A stretch of 61,863 nucleotides of DNA, filler included, from Stramenopiles sp. TOSAG23-2 (Eukaryota), in NCBI GenBank assembly GCA_900128395.1. It is 24 parts of 24 records of this genome, joined end to end, with 100 filler letters (N's around TTAATTAATTAA, not from the genome) between each part and the next. Parts side by side here need not be neighbours in the genome. Positions count along the whole stretch, not along the records: positions 20,725 to 23,209 come from LT651700.1; positions 23,310 to 25,793 come from LT651701.1; positions 25,894 to 28,377 come from LT651702.1; positions 28,478 to 30,958 come from LT651703.1; positions 31,059 to 33,538 come from LT651704.1; positions 33,639 to 36,117 come from LT651705.1; 18 more parts are not named here. One strand, written 5' to 3'. Below, piece after piece: positions 21,284 to 33,718 of this stretch. Made by a program: the position numbers and the translations under genes. Under the pieces are notes generated by a model that worked only from the letters and a program-made list of their open reading frames with translations, was not told the DNA's origin and did not search any database. Positions within the stretch are counted from its first letter, which is position 1. Each line of letters begins with the position of its first letter.

Positions 21284-22830
21284 TATTAGACAGTCTTATG
21301 ACTGCTGGTGGTAGTGGGGATAAACCTCATATTAGCGTAAAAGTTCCACGGCGAAAATTGTCACATGGGGAAATGGATAAAATTGTAGAACTTGTTAAAG
21401 AGCGTCCGTTGCTGAATAAAATTTGCTTAAATAACTCATCTGGATGGGAAGAACCTGTTATGATGAATGGTGAAGTAGTCATGAAAGAGGATGACGTTGA
21501 ATTGAAATATCTAGATTTAATATTAAATGCTTTGTTAAAAGCAAAGGAGGAGAAAACAGCTACTTTATATGGCTTGGAATTAGAATTCGTATTGCCTAAT
21601 GATTTTGAGGCTAATAATATTTGGATCGATTTAGCAAAAATTATTCATAAACATAGAACATTGAAGACGTTAAAACTGTCGTTTAAAAGACGTAAAATTG
21701 TTATATCGCACAATATGATGGAATCACATATAGATGATGAGGAAAAAGTAATAGAAACGCTTGTTAAAAATTTACAAGGAAGTCTAGTTTTGTCTATATT
21801 AAGTTTAAAATCATGCGGTTTAACTGAAAACAACGTTTTAACGCTATTGCATGCAATGAAACATATGCAGAGTCTAAAACTCTTGGACATTAGTGAAAAT
21901 TCTATTGGATCTGATGGGACAAAAGAGCTTGCATCGCATTTAAAATATGGTAAAAATCTCATTGATTTCAATATCTTTGGTAATAATTGTCAAGATGATG
22001 GTATCATAGCAATAATAAAAGCTGTGAAAAACCATCCAAAAATACAAAATTTAAACATAGGTATGAATGACGTGACGAATAAATCTTCGCATTATATTGA
22101 AGATTTATTTCACCATAAAGAAAATTTAAGAGAGTTTCATTGCTCCTTGAACTTTTTGGGACGAGCAGTCACTAAAATATTGAAAGAAGTTGCATTCAAC
22201 CATTCGCTGAAAACATTAGATTTAAGTTATAACAATGCAACGGAATCAAGTATTCCTCCCCTATTGCGAGTTTTAAAGAAAAATGCTACGTTTGCAAAAC
22301 CAGAGCATCAAGCATTTCCTATCATAGGCTTACAACATGATGTTGCTAGGCACGCAATTGAACGAAGTAAAATTTTACATGCTACATACACCCATTACGA
22401 TCACTCTCCAGCGGAGGTTATTGCTGGAAGTCTAAATGGTAATAAGCATTTACAAGTTATTAATTTAGAGCAAAATGGGTTGACCAATAAGTTTTGTGCA
22501 ATTTTAAGCAAGGCATTAGGTAAACAAAACCATGTTATAAAAGAAATGAATGTTTCGTTTAATCCTGGAATTGGTGATGAAGCCGAACCTTTGATACGCT
22601 TAATTGATGCATTTACTTACGTAGAAACAACATATGGTAGGGATGAAATTGCATTGAATGAAGAGGAAGAGTTTAATTTAAAGTATGCTATTGCAAGAGA
22701 AAAAGAGACTAAATTATTTTTAGAAAAAATGAAAAAACAAGAAGCAGAAAGATTAGATCATGAAAAATTATTATATTTCTCAAAAGACTTTGTCGCTCAG
22801 ATGCTGATGAGTATTATTAACAAAATTTGA
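21271..22830 (+). CDS. Ribonuclease-inhibitor-like (RNI/NLRC3-type) LRR protein; true start missing
   Basis: 28-aa LRRs: LSILSLKSCGL, LKLLDISENSIGSDG, IQNLNIGMNDV, LKTLDLSYNN, LQVINLEQNGL. Confidence 0.85.
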   Translation: MFVALLDSLMTAGGSGDKPHISVKVPRRKLSHGEMDKIVELVKERPLLNKICLNNSSGWEEPVMMNGEVVMKEDDVELKYLDLILNALLKAKEEKTATLYGLELEFVLPNDFEANNIWIDLAKIIHKHRTLKTLKLSFKRRKIVISHNMMESHIDDEEKVIETLVKNLQGSLVLSILSLKSCGLTENNVLTLLHAMKHMQSLKLLDISENSIGSDGTKELASHLKYGKNLIDFNIFGNNCQDDGIIAIIKAVKNHPKIQNLNIGMNDVTNKSSHYIEDLFHHKENLREFHCSLNFLGRAVTKILKEVAFNHSLKTLDLSYNNATESSIPPLLRVLKKNATFAKPEHQAFPIIGLQHDVARHAIERSKILHATYTHYDHSPAEVIAGSLNGNKHLQVINLEQNGLTNKFCAILSKALGKQNHVIKEMNVSFNPGIGDEAEPLIRLIDAFTYVETTYGRDEIALNEEEEFNLKYAIAREKETKLFLEKMKKQEAERLDHEKLLYFSKDFVAQMLMSIINKI

Positions 22831-23777
22831 AAAAAAAACAAAAATATCTTTGTATCATATATATGAGATTATGTATTATGTCGTACATATGATATATTAA
22901 TATCAAAATATATATAAAATGTTCTCTTACTCATATATTGTATAAATATATACTGAAAAATATATTTATATATCATATCATACATAAAATATTTTATGCA
23001 TATGATATTAAAGCTTTAAAATATATTTAATTGAGTACATTGAGCATATTATTTAACATGAGAAGTAAAATTATTATATAATATAACTTACATTTTAACC
23101 CCATATATTTGTATTCTTTAGAAGAGTAGGAATTATTATGAGTAAATTTAAAACAATAAATTATGCGTAAATTAAATTATTTAAATTAAAAGAGAATTTT
23201 TTTTATATTNNNNNNNNNNNNNNNNNNNNNNNNNNNNNNNNNNNNNNNNNNNNTTAATTAATTAANNNNNNNNNNNNNNNNNNNNNNNNNNNNNNNNNNN
23301 NNNNNNNNNTGAAAATGATAATGTGGCGTTAACCATTTATTATTTTGAGTGTAGTGATGATCGACGTTAATTAAAAAAAAAAGGAAGAGAGCAAGAGAGA
23401 GTTTTGTGGAGTATTTCTAATGTGCGTACGAATATATTAATATTACGAATAAAAAAATTTAACATTTTTACGTCGTATATCATATACTCGTATTAATTTA
23501 TTTAAAAAAATATTAATATATTTCATTTAAATATTTAAATAATGGTTAAAATCTAAGTTTGAATATATAATTCTATTAATGAGTAAATAAAATCTTTAAA
23601 TTATACGAGTACGAATAAGAGAGAATTATTTTTATACGTACGTATAATTCTACGGAGGTTCGTAATAATTAATAATGTGTCAATTTATTTTATTAATACC
23701 TGGTATGGCATACGAAATTTTTTTTTTAAATAAAAAATATACGTCGTATTTTATATTAAACACCACAGCAGGGTGTG

Positions 23778-25793
23778 TCATACATATTTCCGCTTTTCAT
23801 TTAAAAAGTGTACAAGCTCATCAGCATTATTCCTTGTATCTTCAATAGACATCTCACCTAATATTTCCCCATCCCTTGTGCGGACATTCACTGTTCCATT
23901 TTCCTGTTCACGATCTCCAATCACTAAAATATAATTGTACTGCGCTAATTGTGCTTGCTTTATCATTTTTGGCAAGGTTAAACCATCTGTTTCTAGTAGA
24001 TCAACATAAAAATCATTTTCACTTAGTATGTCATAAACTTTTGTTCCGTGTGGCATATGTGAGCTAGAAACGGTACAAATTGCTATTTGGCGAGGAGACA
24101 ACCACATGGGCCATCTTCCACCATAATGCTCGCATAAAATAGCAAACATCCGTTCTAAAGAACCTAATATTGCACGATGTATCATGACTGGACGTTGTAC
24201 ATTATTATTTGAATCAACATATTCCAATCCAAATCGTTGTGGTAATTGAAAATCTAATTGTATAGTAGCACACTGATGTTCACGCCCTATCGCATCGGTA
24301 ACTACCACATCAATTTTTGGACCATAAAACGCTGCAATATAAGAAATATATATGTAAATGTTATTGTTAGTCCAATGCGGTGTCAATATAATAAAAGGTA
24401 AAATATATTTATGTTGTGTATGTATGTATGTATGTATGTCCTATATAAAAATAAAATCTCAGGCTGACGTGCAATCATTAATAATCAACAATGTCGTATA
24501 CGACTCAGATTCCTCAGAGTTATGTTTGTAATCATCGATTCATTCCATATAGGATATACAGATATATACAGATATATATATATAGATGGGTAGATAGATA
24601 CAAGATGTCTGCTTTTCAAGTGTTGTATATAAATGTATCACTTACCTCCATCACCATGATTATATGTCCAATTCAAATCAGTTTGTTCATTTAATAATGA
24701 TTCCAATGCATTTTCAGCTTCATTCCATAATTCAATACTTCCAAGATATTTTTCTGGTCGTGTTGATAATCGCATACGATATTCAAAACCAAAACGTTTG
24801 TAAACTGTATCAACCATGTTCAAACATTGTTTTAACTCTTCTTTCACTTGTTCCTCAGTACAAAAAACGTGTGCATCATCTTGTTGAAATTTACGTAAAC
24901 GTGTCAATCCAGAAAGGGCACCAGATATTTCATTACGATGCAATGGACTGAAATCAGCTACTCGTAATGGTAAATTTCTATAACTTCGAGGTTGATGTTT
25001 GTAAATTAAACAATGTCCTGGGCAATTCATAGGTTTTAAACCCATTCCATTATTATTATTACTATCGTTCGTATTTTGTTCTTCATTAAGAATTTTCTCT
25101 TCTTCAACACCTGGGACTACCATGTACATATCTTCACGATAATTTTGTAAATGGCCACTTGTATTCCATAATTCATGCTTATAAATCATTGGTGTCATTA
25201 TTTCATCATATTTATATTTTTTATATTCTTTTTTTAACATATTCAACAAGGAATTATAAATACGAGTTCCATGTGGTAACATAAATGCACTTCCAGGGCT
25301 TGTATTATGAAACATAAATAATTCTTGTTTCACACCAATTTTACGATGATCACGCAATTTTGCTTCATCCAAACGTTTTTGCCAACTTTTCATGCCACTT
25401 TTAGTGCCAAATGCAACACCATATATACGTTGTAATAAATGTTCTTCATCGTCCCTACTAATAGTTTCATTATTATTATCAGTAGTGTCACCACTTTTCC
25501 AATGTGATGCACTAGTCTTTAATAATTTTATTTGCTTAATTTGGTTTGTCATTGGAATATGTGGACCACGACATAAATCAACGAACGGCCCATTTCGATA
25601 TAAAGTAATAGCTTCATTATCAGGAATATGTTCCAACATATCAATTTTAAATTGATTATATGAAAACATTTTTGATGCAAATTCTTTTGTAACTTCTAAT
25701 TTCGTAAATTGTTGTTTTTCTTTCAATATTTTTTTCATTTCAACTTCCAGTTCTGGGAAAAATACTTCCTCACGTATTGTCATACCTTTAGGT
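23778..25793 (-). CDS. TARS: Threonyl-tRNA synthetase, eukaryote-type, 5'-truncated; exons 25793-24646 and 24331-23778
   Basis: Contains [65 protein letters not shown] and [14 protein letters not shown] intron at 24645-24332 (GTAAGT..TTGCAG) restores GDGAFYGPK. Confidence 0.96.
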
Positions 25794-26213
25794 NNNNNNN
25801 NNNNNNNNNNNNNNNNNNNNNNNNNNNNNNNNNNNNNTTAATTAATTAANNNNNNNNNNNNNNNNNNNNNNNNNNNNNNNNNNNNNNNNNNNNAAGTTAA
25901 AAGCGATTCTTCTTCACTTTAACTTCACAACCTAAAAAATGTACGGAACGAAATAGGGATTTTTATATATATTAAGTACAATCTAGTTGTACTGTGAGCA
26001 TTTCTTTTTTTTTGGTCTCTCTCCAATGTTATTCCCATATAAAAATAAAATCAATGGTTGTAGAGTACGTGAGGAAGAAACTTATACATTAACATGTATA
26101 TACAGTAATATAGAAACTTCGAAGAGAGGAAAGAAAGTCAGAATATATAGATATAGAAACAATCAATATTATCAACAATATACTTGAAGAAGAAGAATAC
26201 TAAGAATAATAAT

Positions 26214-26663
26214 ATGGGAAAATCAATAAGATCGAAACAAAAAAGAAAATGGCGTAGAATCAAGCGTGATAAAATATATAAACCATTAGCAGAGGAACGA
26301 TTAATGGCAGCATTATCAACATTAAATACTGCAGTTATTGTACAAAATGGTGGTTCTGGTTCAATAGGAAAGTTAAAGGATTTATTAAGTGGTAGAAAGA
26401 ATAGTAATGCAAAAACAAGCAATCCAGATGGATTGAAAGCGTTGCATAAATTTAATGACAGAATGAAAAAAGCAACTGAAAGAAAAGAAACGTCGAAAAA
26501 AGATCACTTCTCATTTTTAAATAAGGAAGAAATTCCAGAATGGCAAACAACTAATCCTAAACTTGAAGCAAAATTGTTAGCTAGTAAAATAAATAAAAAA
26601 AAGAAGAAAATGAGTAATCAAATGGAAGTTGAGCAATCAAGAGGACGCGGTAGAAGGAGGTAA
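26214..26663 (+). CDS. LLPH: LLP/Laps18-like small basic nucleolar protein
   Basis: The N-terminus MGKSIRSKQKRKWRRIKR..EERL is characteristic of the family. Confidence 0.7.
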   Translation: MGKSIRSKQKRKWRRIKRDKIYKPLAEERLMAALSTLNTAVIVQNGGSGSIGKLKDLLSGRKNSNAKTSNPDGLKALHKFNDRMKKATERKETSKKDHFSFLNKEEIPEWQTTNPKLEAKLLASKINKKKKKMSNQMEVEQSRGRGRRR

Positions 26664-27076
26664 ATAAAGTCTCTGTTGTATCAATGGGAGGATATGATGA
26701 TATCATCTTGTTAGCAATCTGAAAGAAGCTTATATATAAATTAATTTATCGTGTATGATACGGGCATATCGTATTTTCATATGCATATTTAAAATATATA
26801 TATATATCATCATACTGTTTGTTGATAAAGCTATGATAGATCATTATCTCCATGTTATTCTATATATATTGTGTTATTAAAGTGCGCGAAAGATCTAAAA
26901 TCACAAATCTATAAATTCGTAGAGAGATTAATATTATATTAGAAATATATTTTAAGTAAAAGCATATATATTTTTTACATTTTACCAAAATCACACCAAT
27001 GTTTAATATGTTAAGTTAATGGGCACAAGAACTCTTCCTCTCTCCTCTTTTTACGAATATCGGGGATATATATTTT

Positions 27077-28377
27077 TTACTTTTGACCAATTTTAAAAAA
27101 GTTCAAAACCCCTGTTGCCCATGGAGATGATACACCACCATTACCACCGCTCTTATTTGTTGGAGGTGAATTACTAGTTTGATGTCCCTTCCCTCTTATA
27201 GTATGCCCACCACTTATATTACCACCTTTACCCCCAATAATTCTTCCACCTTTCACATTTTTTGGCGAATTGCTACCATCACTATTACTTAATATTTGAT
27301 TTAATTTGTTTCGTAACATATTGATTTCATAATCTTTTGCTTTAATCATGCTTCGCATATCTTGCTCATGTCGTTCACTTTGACTCAACATATTTTTCGC
27401 TAATTGACGCGCGTTGACTTCCAATTGTTTAATACGATTTGCTTTTAATTGGTCTGCCTTACGTGCTTTCTCGCGTTCTAATTCCATCGTTGCATATTTA
27501 CGCAATAATTGCCTATGTACCATCACTAATTGTTCCAAACGTTGTTGTAATGCTCGTCGTTGCTTTTGTTGAGCAACCGTTTCCGTGGAGCTACTTTGTA
27601 ACAGCTTAACTTTATCTCTTTCCTTATCTAAAGCTAATTCCAGCTCAATTACTTTTTGACACCTATTTTTTAAATNNNNNNNNNNNNNNNNNNNNNNNNN
27701 NNNNNNNNNNNNNNNNNNNNNNNNNNNNNNNNNNNNNNNNNNNNNNNNNNNNNNTGACACCTATTTTTTAAATCATTTCGTAATGCATCAATGGTTACAT
27801 TTAACTTCATGTTTTGCTCTGTTATTTCACCTATTATTACCGTGCTGCTATCATTGTCATTGCTAACACTATTATTGTTACTACTATTACTACTACTACT
27901 GTTTTTGTTTTCTACAGATGTGCCGCCATTGTGCATTTCTAATGCTTCCTCCATTGTTAAACTCCCTTCATCAACTAATTGTTGTAAATCAGCTGTCAAT
28001 GGTTTATCACCACCTGTATTGTCATTATTATCAACCTTCGATACAGCCTGACCTCCACTGCTACTAGGTTTATTATTACTACTTTCCGTCCCAACCATTT
28101 GTGCCTCTGCCATGGCTACCTTCATAGTCATGGATTCTAACTTATTACGTAAAGAATCGTTCTGCTCATTCATAATTTTAATTTCATTTTTCAATGTAAT
28201 TAAATCTTCACTATCTTGCATATATTTTCTACCTTGCTCCTCCAATTCTTTTAATTTCAAATCACGTTCTTCAATCATTTGGCTCAAGGATTTTGAATTA
28301 TCTTTTTCTAAATCAAGTTCGTTTTGTAACCGTTGTATTTCGCTGTGAAAATGATGAACTTTCAAATCAATTTTTGC
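27077..28377 (-). CDS. Kinesin-1 (kinesin heavy chain) stalk and tail, 5'-truncated; one ORF across a false scaffold gap
   Basis: LRNDLKNRCQKVIELELALD and LEQLVMVHRQL..RIKQLE match the kinesin-1 cargo-binding tail, and HTIRGKG resembles IAK/IRGGG. The 19-nt sequence tgacacctattttttaaat appears on both sides of the N gap. Confidence 0.85.
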
Positions 28378-28479
28378 NNNNNNNNNNNNNNNNNNNNNNN
28401 NNNNNNNNNNNNNNNNNNNNNTTAATTAATTAANNNNNNNNNNNNNNNNNNNNNNNNNNNNNNNNNNNNNNNNNNNNGT

Positions 28480-29367
28480 TTGAGCTCCGTCCGCACTATT
28501 GTCGCTAGACGAACAAATGCACGTTCAAATAAAAATACAAGCTCCAGTCGCCAAAAAGTCAATATGAGTCCAATGGAGCGAAAAAATCGCGCTGCCAACG
28601 AAAAAGTAGGACCGGCAAAAAAATCAAAGCCATTCAAACGGTTTGAAGAAGTGCAAGATTGTTCATATTCCCCAGACGGTAGGTTTCTAGCATTAGGATC
28701 CAGGGATAACAATATTTATGTATTTGATGTCAAAAGAAATTATAGACAAATTGGATGCTGTACTGGACACAGCAGCTATATAACGCACATTGATTGGTCC
28801 GCCGATAGCACTATTCTACAATCAAACGATGGAGCATATGAGTTACTTTATTGGGATGCGGCTACAGCGAAACAAATTACTTCGTCATATTCACTAAGAA
28901 ATGTTGCATGGCAAGTATGGACATCCGTATTAGGATGGCCAGTCCAAGGTATATGGTTAGAAGCAAGCGATGGAACAGATGTAAATTCTTGTTGTCGTTC
29001 CGGTCAAGGGGATGTCATTGCTACTGCAGATGATTATGGCATGATACGATTATATAAATTTCCCGCATTGCGCGGTCAAGGTAAAGGAAAAGGTGAATTA
29101 CCACCACATAAGGCTTATAGAGGCCATATGTCCCATGTAATGAATTGTAGGTTTTTGTGCAATGATACACATTTAATATCAGTTGGTGGCAACGACGCGG
29201 CCGTTTTCCAATGGCGCCATGTCAATCCCGATGGTAGCACAGTAAGAACGGCATTGAAACAAGCAAGTAATCGTATAATTAGTAATAACAACGTAGATGA
29301 TAGTAATAACATGGAAAATAGTAGAATTAGTGGCAGTGGTAGATTAAGAGGGCATGGTAGATTTTAG
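28480..29367 (+). CDS. EMAP-like (EML5/6-type) WD40 protein, C-terminal part
   Basis: YSPDG..LALGSRDNNIY, GHSSYITHIDWS, LQSN.GAYELLYWD, LGWPVQGIW..DGTDVN and GHMSHV..LISVGGND..VFQW. Confidence 0.92.
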   Translation: MSSVRTIVARRTNARSNKNTSSSRQKVNMSPMERKNRAANEKVGPAKKSKPFKRFEEVQDCSYSPDGRFLALGSRDNNIYVFDVKRNYRQIGCCTGHSSYITHIDWSADSTILQSNDGAYELLYWDAATAKQITSSYSLRNVAWQVWTSVLGWPVQGIWLEASDGTDVNSCCRSGQGDVIATADDYGMIRLYKFPALRGQGKGKGELPPHKAYRGHMSHVMNCRFLCNDTHLISVGGNDAAVFQWRHVNPDGSTVRTALKQASNRIISNNNVDDSNNMENSRISGSGRLRGHGRF

Positions 29368-29851
29368 TAAATGTGAACACATGTAATGTGATACATCGGC
29401 TCTAAAATTCACTGTTCGATTTTATTTTTTAATCTTGTCTGGTTCTTGTTTAAAATATAATTATTCGTAAATAATTTTTTTGTATATTTTGAATGATAAA
29501 AAAAATTATCATCTAAAAATTAATAACTTACTCTACTTATATGTACAGTACATTACGCTGTGTAAATTTGGAAACAAACAAAAACACACTTTCTAACTCC
29601 TTAATAATTATTTTGCATCTACTTTTAGCACTGTTACTGCGATCTGCGCTGCTTATATAATAAGGGCCAGCCGGGCCAGCCAGCATGGTGGTAAGCTAAA
29701 AAAAACAATAATAATAATAATAATATAGATCTATGTAAATCTAAAATAAAAATACATCGGCAAATTCATTTCATTCATTTATTAACATTATATTTTCCTC
29801 TTTTTTTGCCATATGCTATAATACATAGAAATTAAAGATAAGTATAATAAT

Positions 29852-30469
29852 ATGTATGGAAGAATTTTCAAATTTCACATTGCACCGTGGGTGTCAAAAG
29901 CGCAACCTTGTAAGCGTTTTTTCTCAGCGAAGACAGAACTGAATGCTATTTTGCAAAGGGAAATAGACGAGGAGGAAGGTAACTTAGCAGAAATGGATGA
30001 GCATTATGAGGATGACGTATACGAATTGAATCGTCGTTTTTCAAAGGTAAAACTGGAAGATTATGATCCAATTATTATATTGGAAAAAACAGATGATGAA
30101 GGGAAGCATATGCGGGTGCGCTGTAATATTGAAGATCAAGTAGATGATGTTCATTATCTTGACGTATCGATTTCTAATAATGAAAATAAGACAATTGGCT
30201 TCAGATTAACTATAATTGAAAATTCAGTTGATGTTGAAAACTTTTTCATTAATAATACTGATAAATTGTTGGATACAAAAAATATTAATAATCTTTATGA
30301 TGGGCCAAAATTTAAAGAGATCGAAGACGATTTACAAGACGGTATGCTTTTGTATCTAGAAGAAAATGGAATTGATTCTAATTTTGCTGAAGTTATTCAA
30401 AACGTCATCTCTGTGAAAGAACAAGAAGAATACATACATTTTTTGGAGGAGATTAAAAAATTTGTTTGA
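29852..30469 (+). CDS. MAM33: Mitochondrial acidic matrix protein, MAM33/C1QBP family
   Basis: Presequence, L..EIDEE, then YDGPKF.E..DLQ..YLEENGI..FA..KEQEEY..FLE. Confidence 0.88.
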   Translation: MYGRIFKFHIAPWVSKAQPCKRFFSAKTELNAILQREIDEEEGNLAEMDEHYEDDVYELNRRFSKVKLEDYDPIIILEKTDDEGKHMRVRCNIEDQVDDVHYLDVSISNNENKTIGFRLTIIENSVDVENFFINNTDKLLDTKNINNLYDGPKFKEIEDDLQDGMLLYLEENGIDSNFAEVIQNVISVKEQEEYIHFLEEIKKFV

Positions 30470-30670
30470 ATATTTTTTTTATATTTTTTTTTAATATACC
30501 TAGCCAGCTAGTATCTCTTCTTAATGTAAAAAAATACGGAGACGTATTTACAAAAAAAGTATAATAAAATATATATATATATGTACATGTATTATATAAT
30601 AGTATAATTAATGCATAACTTATTTTTTAATATTTACTCACATATGATAATTCCTAGATACGAACGTTAG

Positions 30671-30958
30671 AACTCTCCAGAAAGAATACAAACTGTAAAG
30701 GTCATACGAGAAAAACAAGCAAAAGACCAAGAGCAAAAAACCGACGAAATTGCTGTAAAGGAAGAGGAGCGAAGGCGGCTAGAAAGGGAGAAAAGAGAAG
30801 CAGCAGCTAAAGCAAGAGCAGAAAAAGCACTTGAAACGAAGCCATTGGGCGTTACATCACCAACCAGCAATAATAATAGTAGTACTAGCCCTGGAAGATC
30901 TCCTAAAAGATCTGTTGATAAACGGATGGTAACATTGCTAGCACGATTGGTAGATGAA
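30671..30958 (+). CDS. Coding-like internal fragment (K/E/R/A coiled coil) with no start codon
   Basis: A 96-codon open frame NSPERIQTVK..EEERRRLEREKREAAAK.. runs to the contig end. It is not in the ORF track. Confidence 0.5.
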
Positions 30959-31114
30959 NNNNNNNNNNNNNNNNNNNNNNNNNNNNNNNNNNNNNNNNNN
31001 NNTTAATTAATTAANNNNNNNNNNNNNNNNNNNNNNNNNNNNNNNNNNNNNNNNNNNNATTATATATGCACACATAGAATAAAAAAACAAACTTATTGGT
31101 ACTTATACAACAAG

Positions 31115-33538
31115 ATGAACGTTCAATTTATATTTCTATTTTTAATTCCACTGATTACATTCAGTGTAATTAAACCTATTGCTATTGAAGCTAATGCGGA
31201 TGAAACACGTCTTAAAGTTATATTTAACACGAGAAATTCAAAGAAAAAAGGTGATATTATTACAGGTGGATTGTATGTAGATAATGAAAAATGGTTACAG
31301 TTTGATGAAAATTCAGCATTGTTTGCAAATAACAAATGGAATTCACAAACAGCTGGTAGTATAGTTTTAATTGATACGATCGATAATATTGAAGGAAATG
31401 ATCAGTATGGAAAATATTCTTGCATTAAAAAAATATGGTCACTTGATCATGATACTAAATTGCCTTCATTTTCTACTGAAGTATGTTCATATCCATCTGA
31501 AGAAGTTGCTATCTTTAAAACAACGATTTTATCCAATGATTTGAAAGGGACTAATGGAACGAATCCAAAATTCCCGATAATTAATTTTCCATCCATATAC
31601 TTAGATGAAAGTGGCAAACACGATAATGGTATGATTGAAAATTTAGGATATGCATATTTTCATGGTCTTTGGCAAGGTCCGGTTGTAAAACAAAACCTTC
31701 AAACTTTGCCAAGATTGCCTCAAAGGCATGAAGGGCCTATTATTTTCACTGATAAAAATGGTAAAACTGTACTTCTTGGTCCATTAAACGATCCATTAAA
31801 TACAGTTTTTCAAATATCCAGCAACAACGGTAATAATAAAAAAGTATTTTCGTATGGTCCAAGTCAAATGATAGAATCATTACCCATTAATTATACATAT
31901 AGTGTCGCAGCAGTTCTTGCTCCAATCAATGGTGCAACAAATACAATACAACGTTATGGTAAAATGCTACTTGGTCATCAGGCATCAACGATGGAAGATG
32001 TAGCAAAAACAATGAAGCAATCAAGAGTTAAGGATCCTTTTGTAGAAAAAATTTCTGCATGGACTGATAATGGTGCTTATTTCTTTTATAATAATTTAGG
32101 CCAGAAAAATTTACCCCCTGCACAAATTGCTTTACCATCATGGATAAATTCATTTAATGATAATGCTGAGATTAACGTACCTATGCAATCGTTGCAATTG
32201 GATGGATGGTGGATGAACCAAACAACCTCAGCTCCAAGCAATAAATTTTTCCCTGATTGGGATGGATTTCGTAAATCTTTCTCTGGTGGGGCTAACACTG
32301 TAAATTTATTAATGTATAAAGCTTTTTTCACGGAATCGTATGATTTATTTGAAAAATATGATAAAGTACAATCACCAAAAGGTGTTTATTATCCAAGTGC
32401 TGAAGATGCATATAAATTTTACAGTGAAGTATTTGATGGATTTATAAGTTTTGGCGCAAAAGCATTTGAGACAGATTTTATGTCTGATCATTTACTACCA
32501 ACTCCAGGTTTAGCACGCAATGTTAATGGATTGCCATTGTACCATGGTGGTTTAGCAAAAGCAGCATTGGAACATTCTTTACCAGTTCAATTTTGTATGC
32601 CAACTGTATGTCAAGTTATAGCTACAGCAAATTATCCTGCAATTACTAATGTTCGCGTTTCCACTGATTATGCGACTGAAACTATTCCAGGCAATACTGG
32701 TCAAGACGGATGGGTAGAAAATTATGTCATTGGTTTACCAAGTTTGATTACATGGGCTGTTGGTGTATCACCATCGAAAGATATTGTAGTAACGACTCAA
32801 TTGAAAAAACCTATTGGAGGTATGACAAAAATTTATAAAAATTGTGAAATGGATTTTCTATTAGCAGTTTTATCAACTGGACCAGTTGGTCTTGGTGATG
32901 CACCGAATTACACAAACATAACTTTGGTGAAAACTGGAATCAGAAGGGATGGTACATTGTTAAAGCCAAGTAAACCATTAACAGGTGTTGATTCAACATT
33001 TATCCCAAGCAATCGGGCACATGGCGAGATCGGTTTTTTACCAGTAACAAAAGACGGCGATTGTAGTAATAACACTAAAACATCATGTTCTCCATCATTA
33101 GATCAAACACATACATCTATACCTTTATTTAATGATTATGCAAGCGCCATTATTGATCATGGAAAATATGTAAATGGTATTGATAATAGTAGTTACAATC
33201 GTATAAAAAAATCATTAGTAGCAACTTGGCATATGCTATTATCAATGCATTTAGGCTCATATGTTCCACCAGTTTCAGATTTTTATCCATCCGTATCACC
33301 ATCATCTCTTTCTTTAAATAACTTGGGTAGTTTTAAAGAATGGAGATGGAGTAAATGTAAAAATGGCGAACATATAGCAAAAACAAATTGCATAGTGACA
33401 TTAACAAATGGTGAAATCCCAGATGTTTCATCAGGTCCTAATCGTGCTGATGCAAATGGTTCAGATGCATATCGTTTATTTCATTTTTATCCAAACTTAC
33501 CAGTTATACCATCGGCAAAAGTACACGATGGCTCCACT
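31115..33538 (+). CDS. Secreted glycoside-hydrolase-like TIM-barrel protein (clan GH-D-like, uncharacterised family), 3'-truncated
   Basis: Signal peptide, then WTDNGAYFFY, LQLDGWW, FETDF, QFCMP, RVSTDY, LSTGPVGLGD and RRDGTLLKPSKP. Confidence 0.7.
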
Positions 33539-33718
33539 NNNNNNNNNNNNNNNNNNNNNNNNNNNNNNNNNNNNNNNNNNNNTTAATTAATTAANNNNNN
33601 NNNNNNNNNNNNNNNNNNNNNNNNNNNNNNNNNNNNNNCCTCTTTTTATAATAATAAAAGTCAACATTTTACAAAAAAAAAGACTTATTTTCTTTTTATA
33701 ACAACAACAATAAACAAA

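Noticed and set aside
23778-24386. Separate short ThrRS ORF
   Set aside because: It is the last exon of the same gene, joined by a canonical 314-nt intron.
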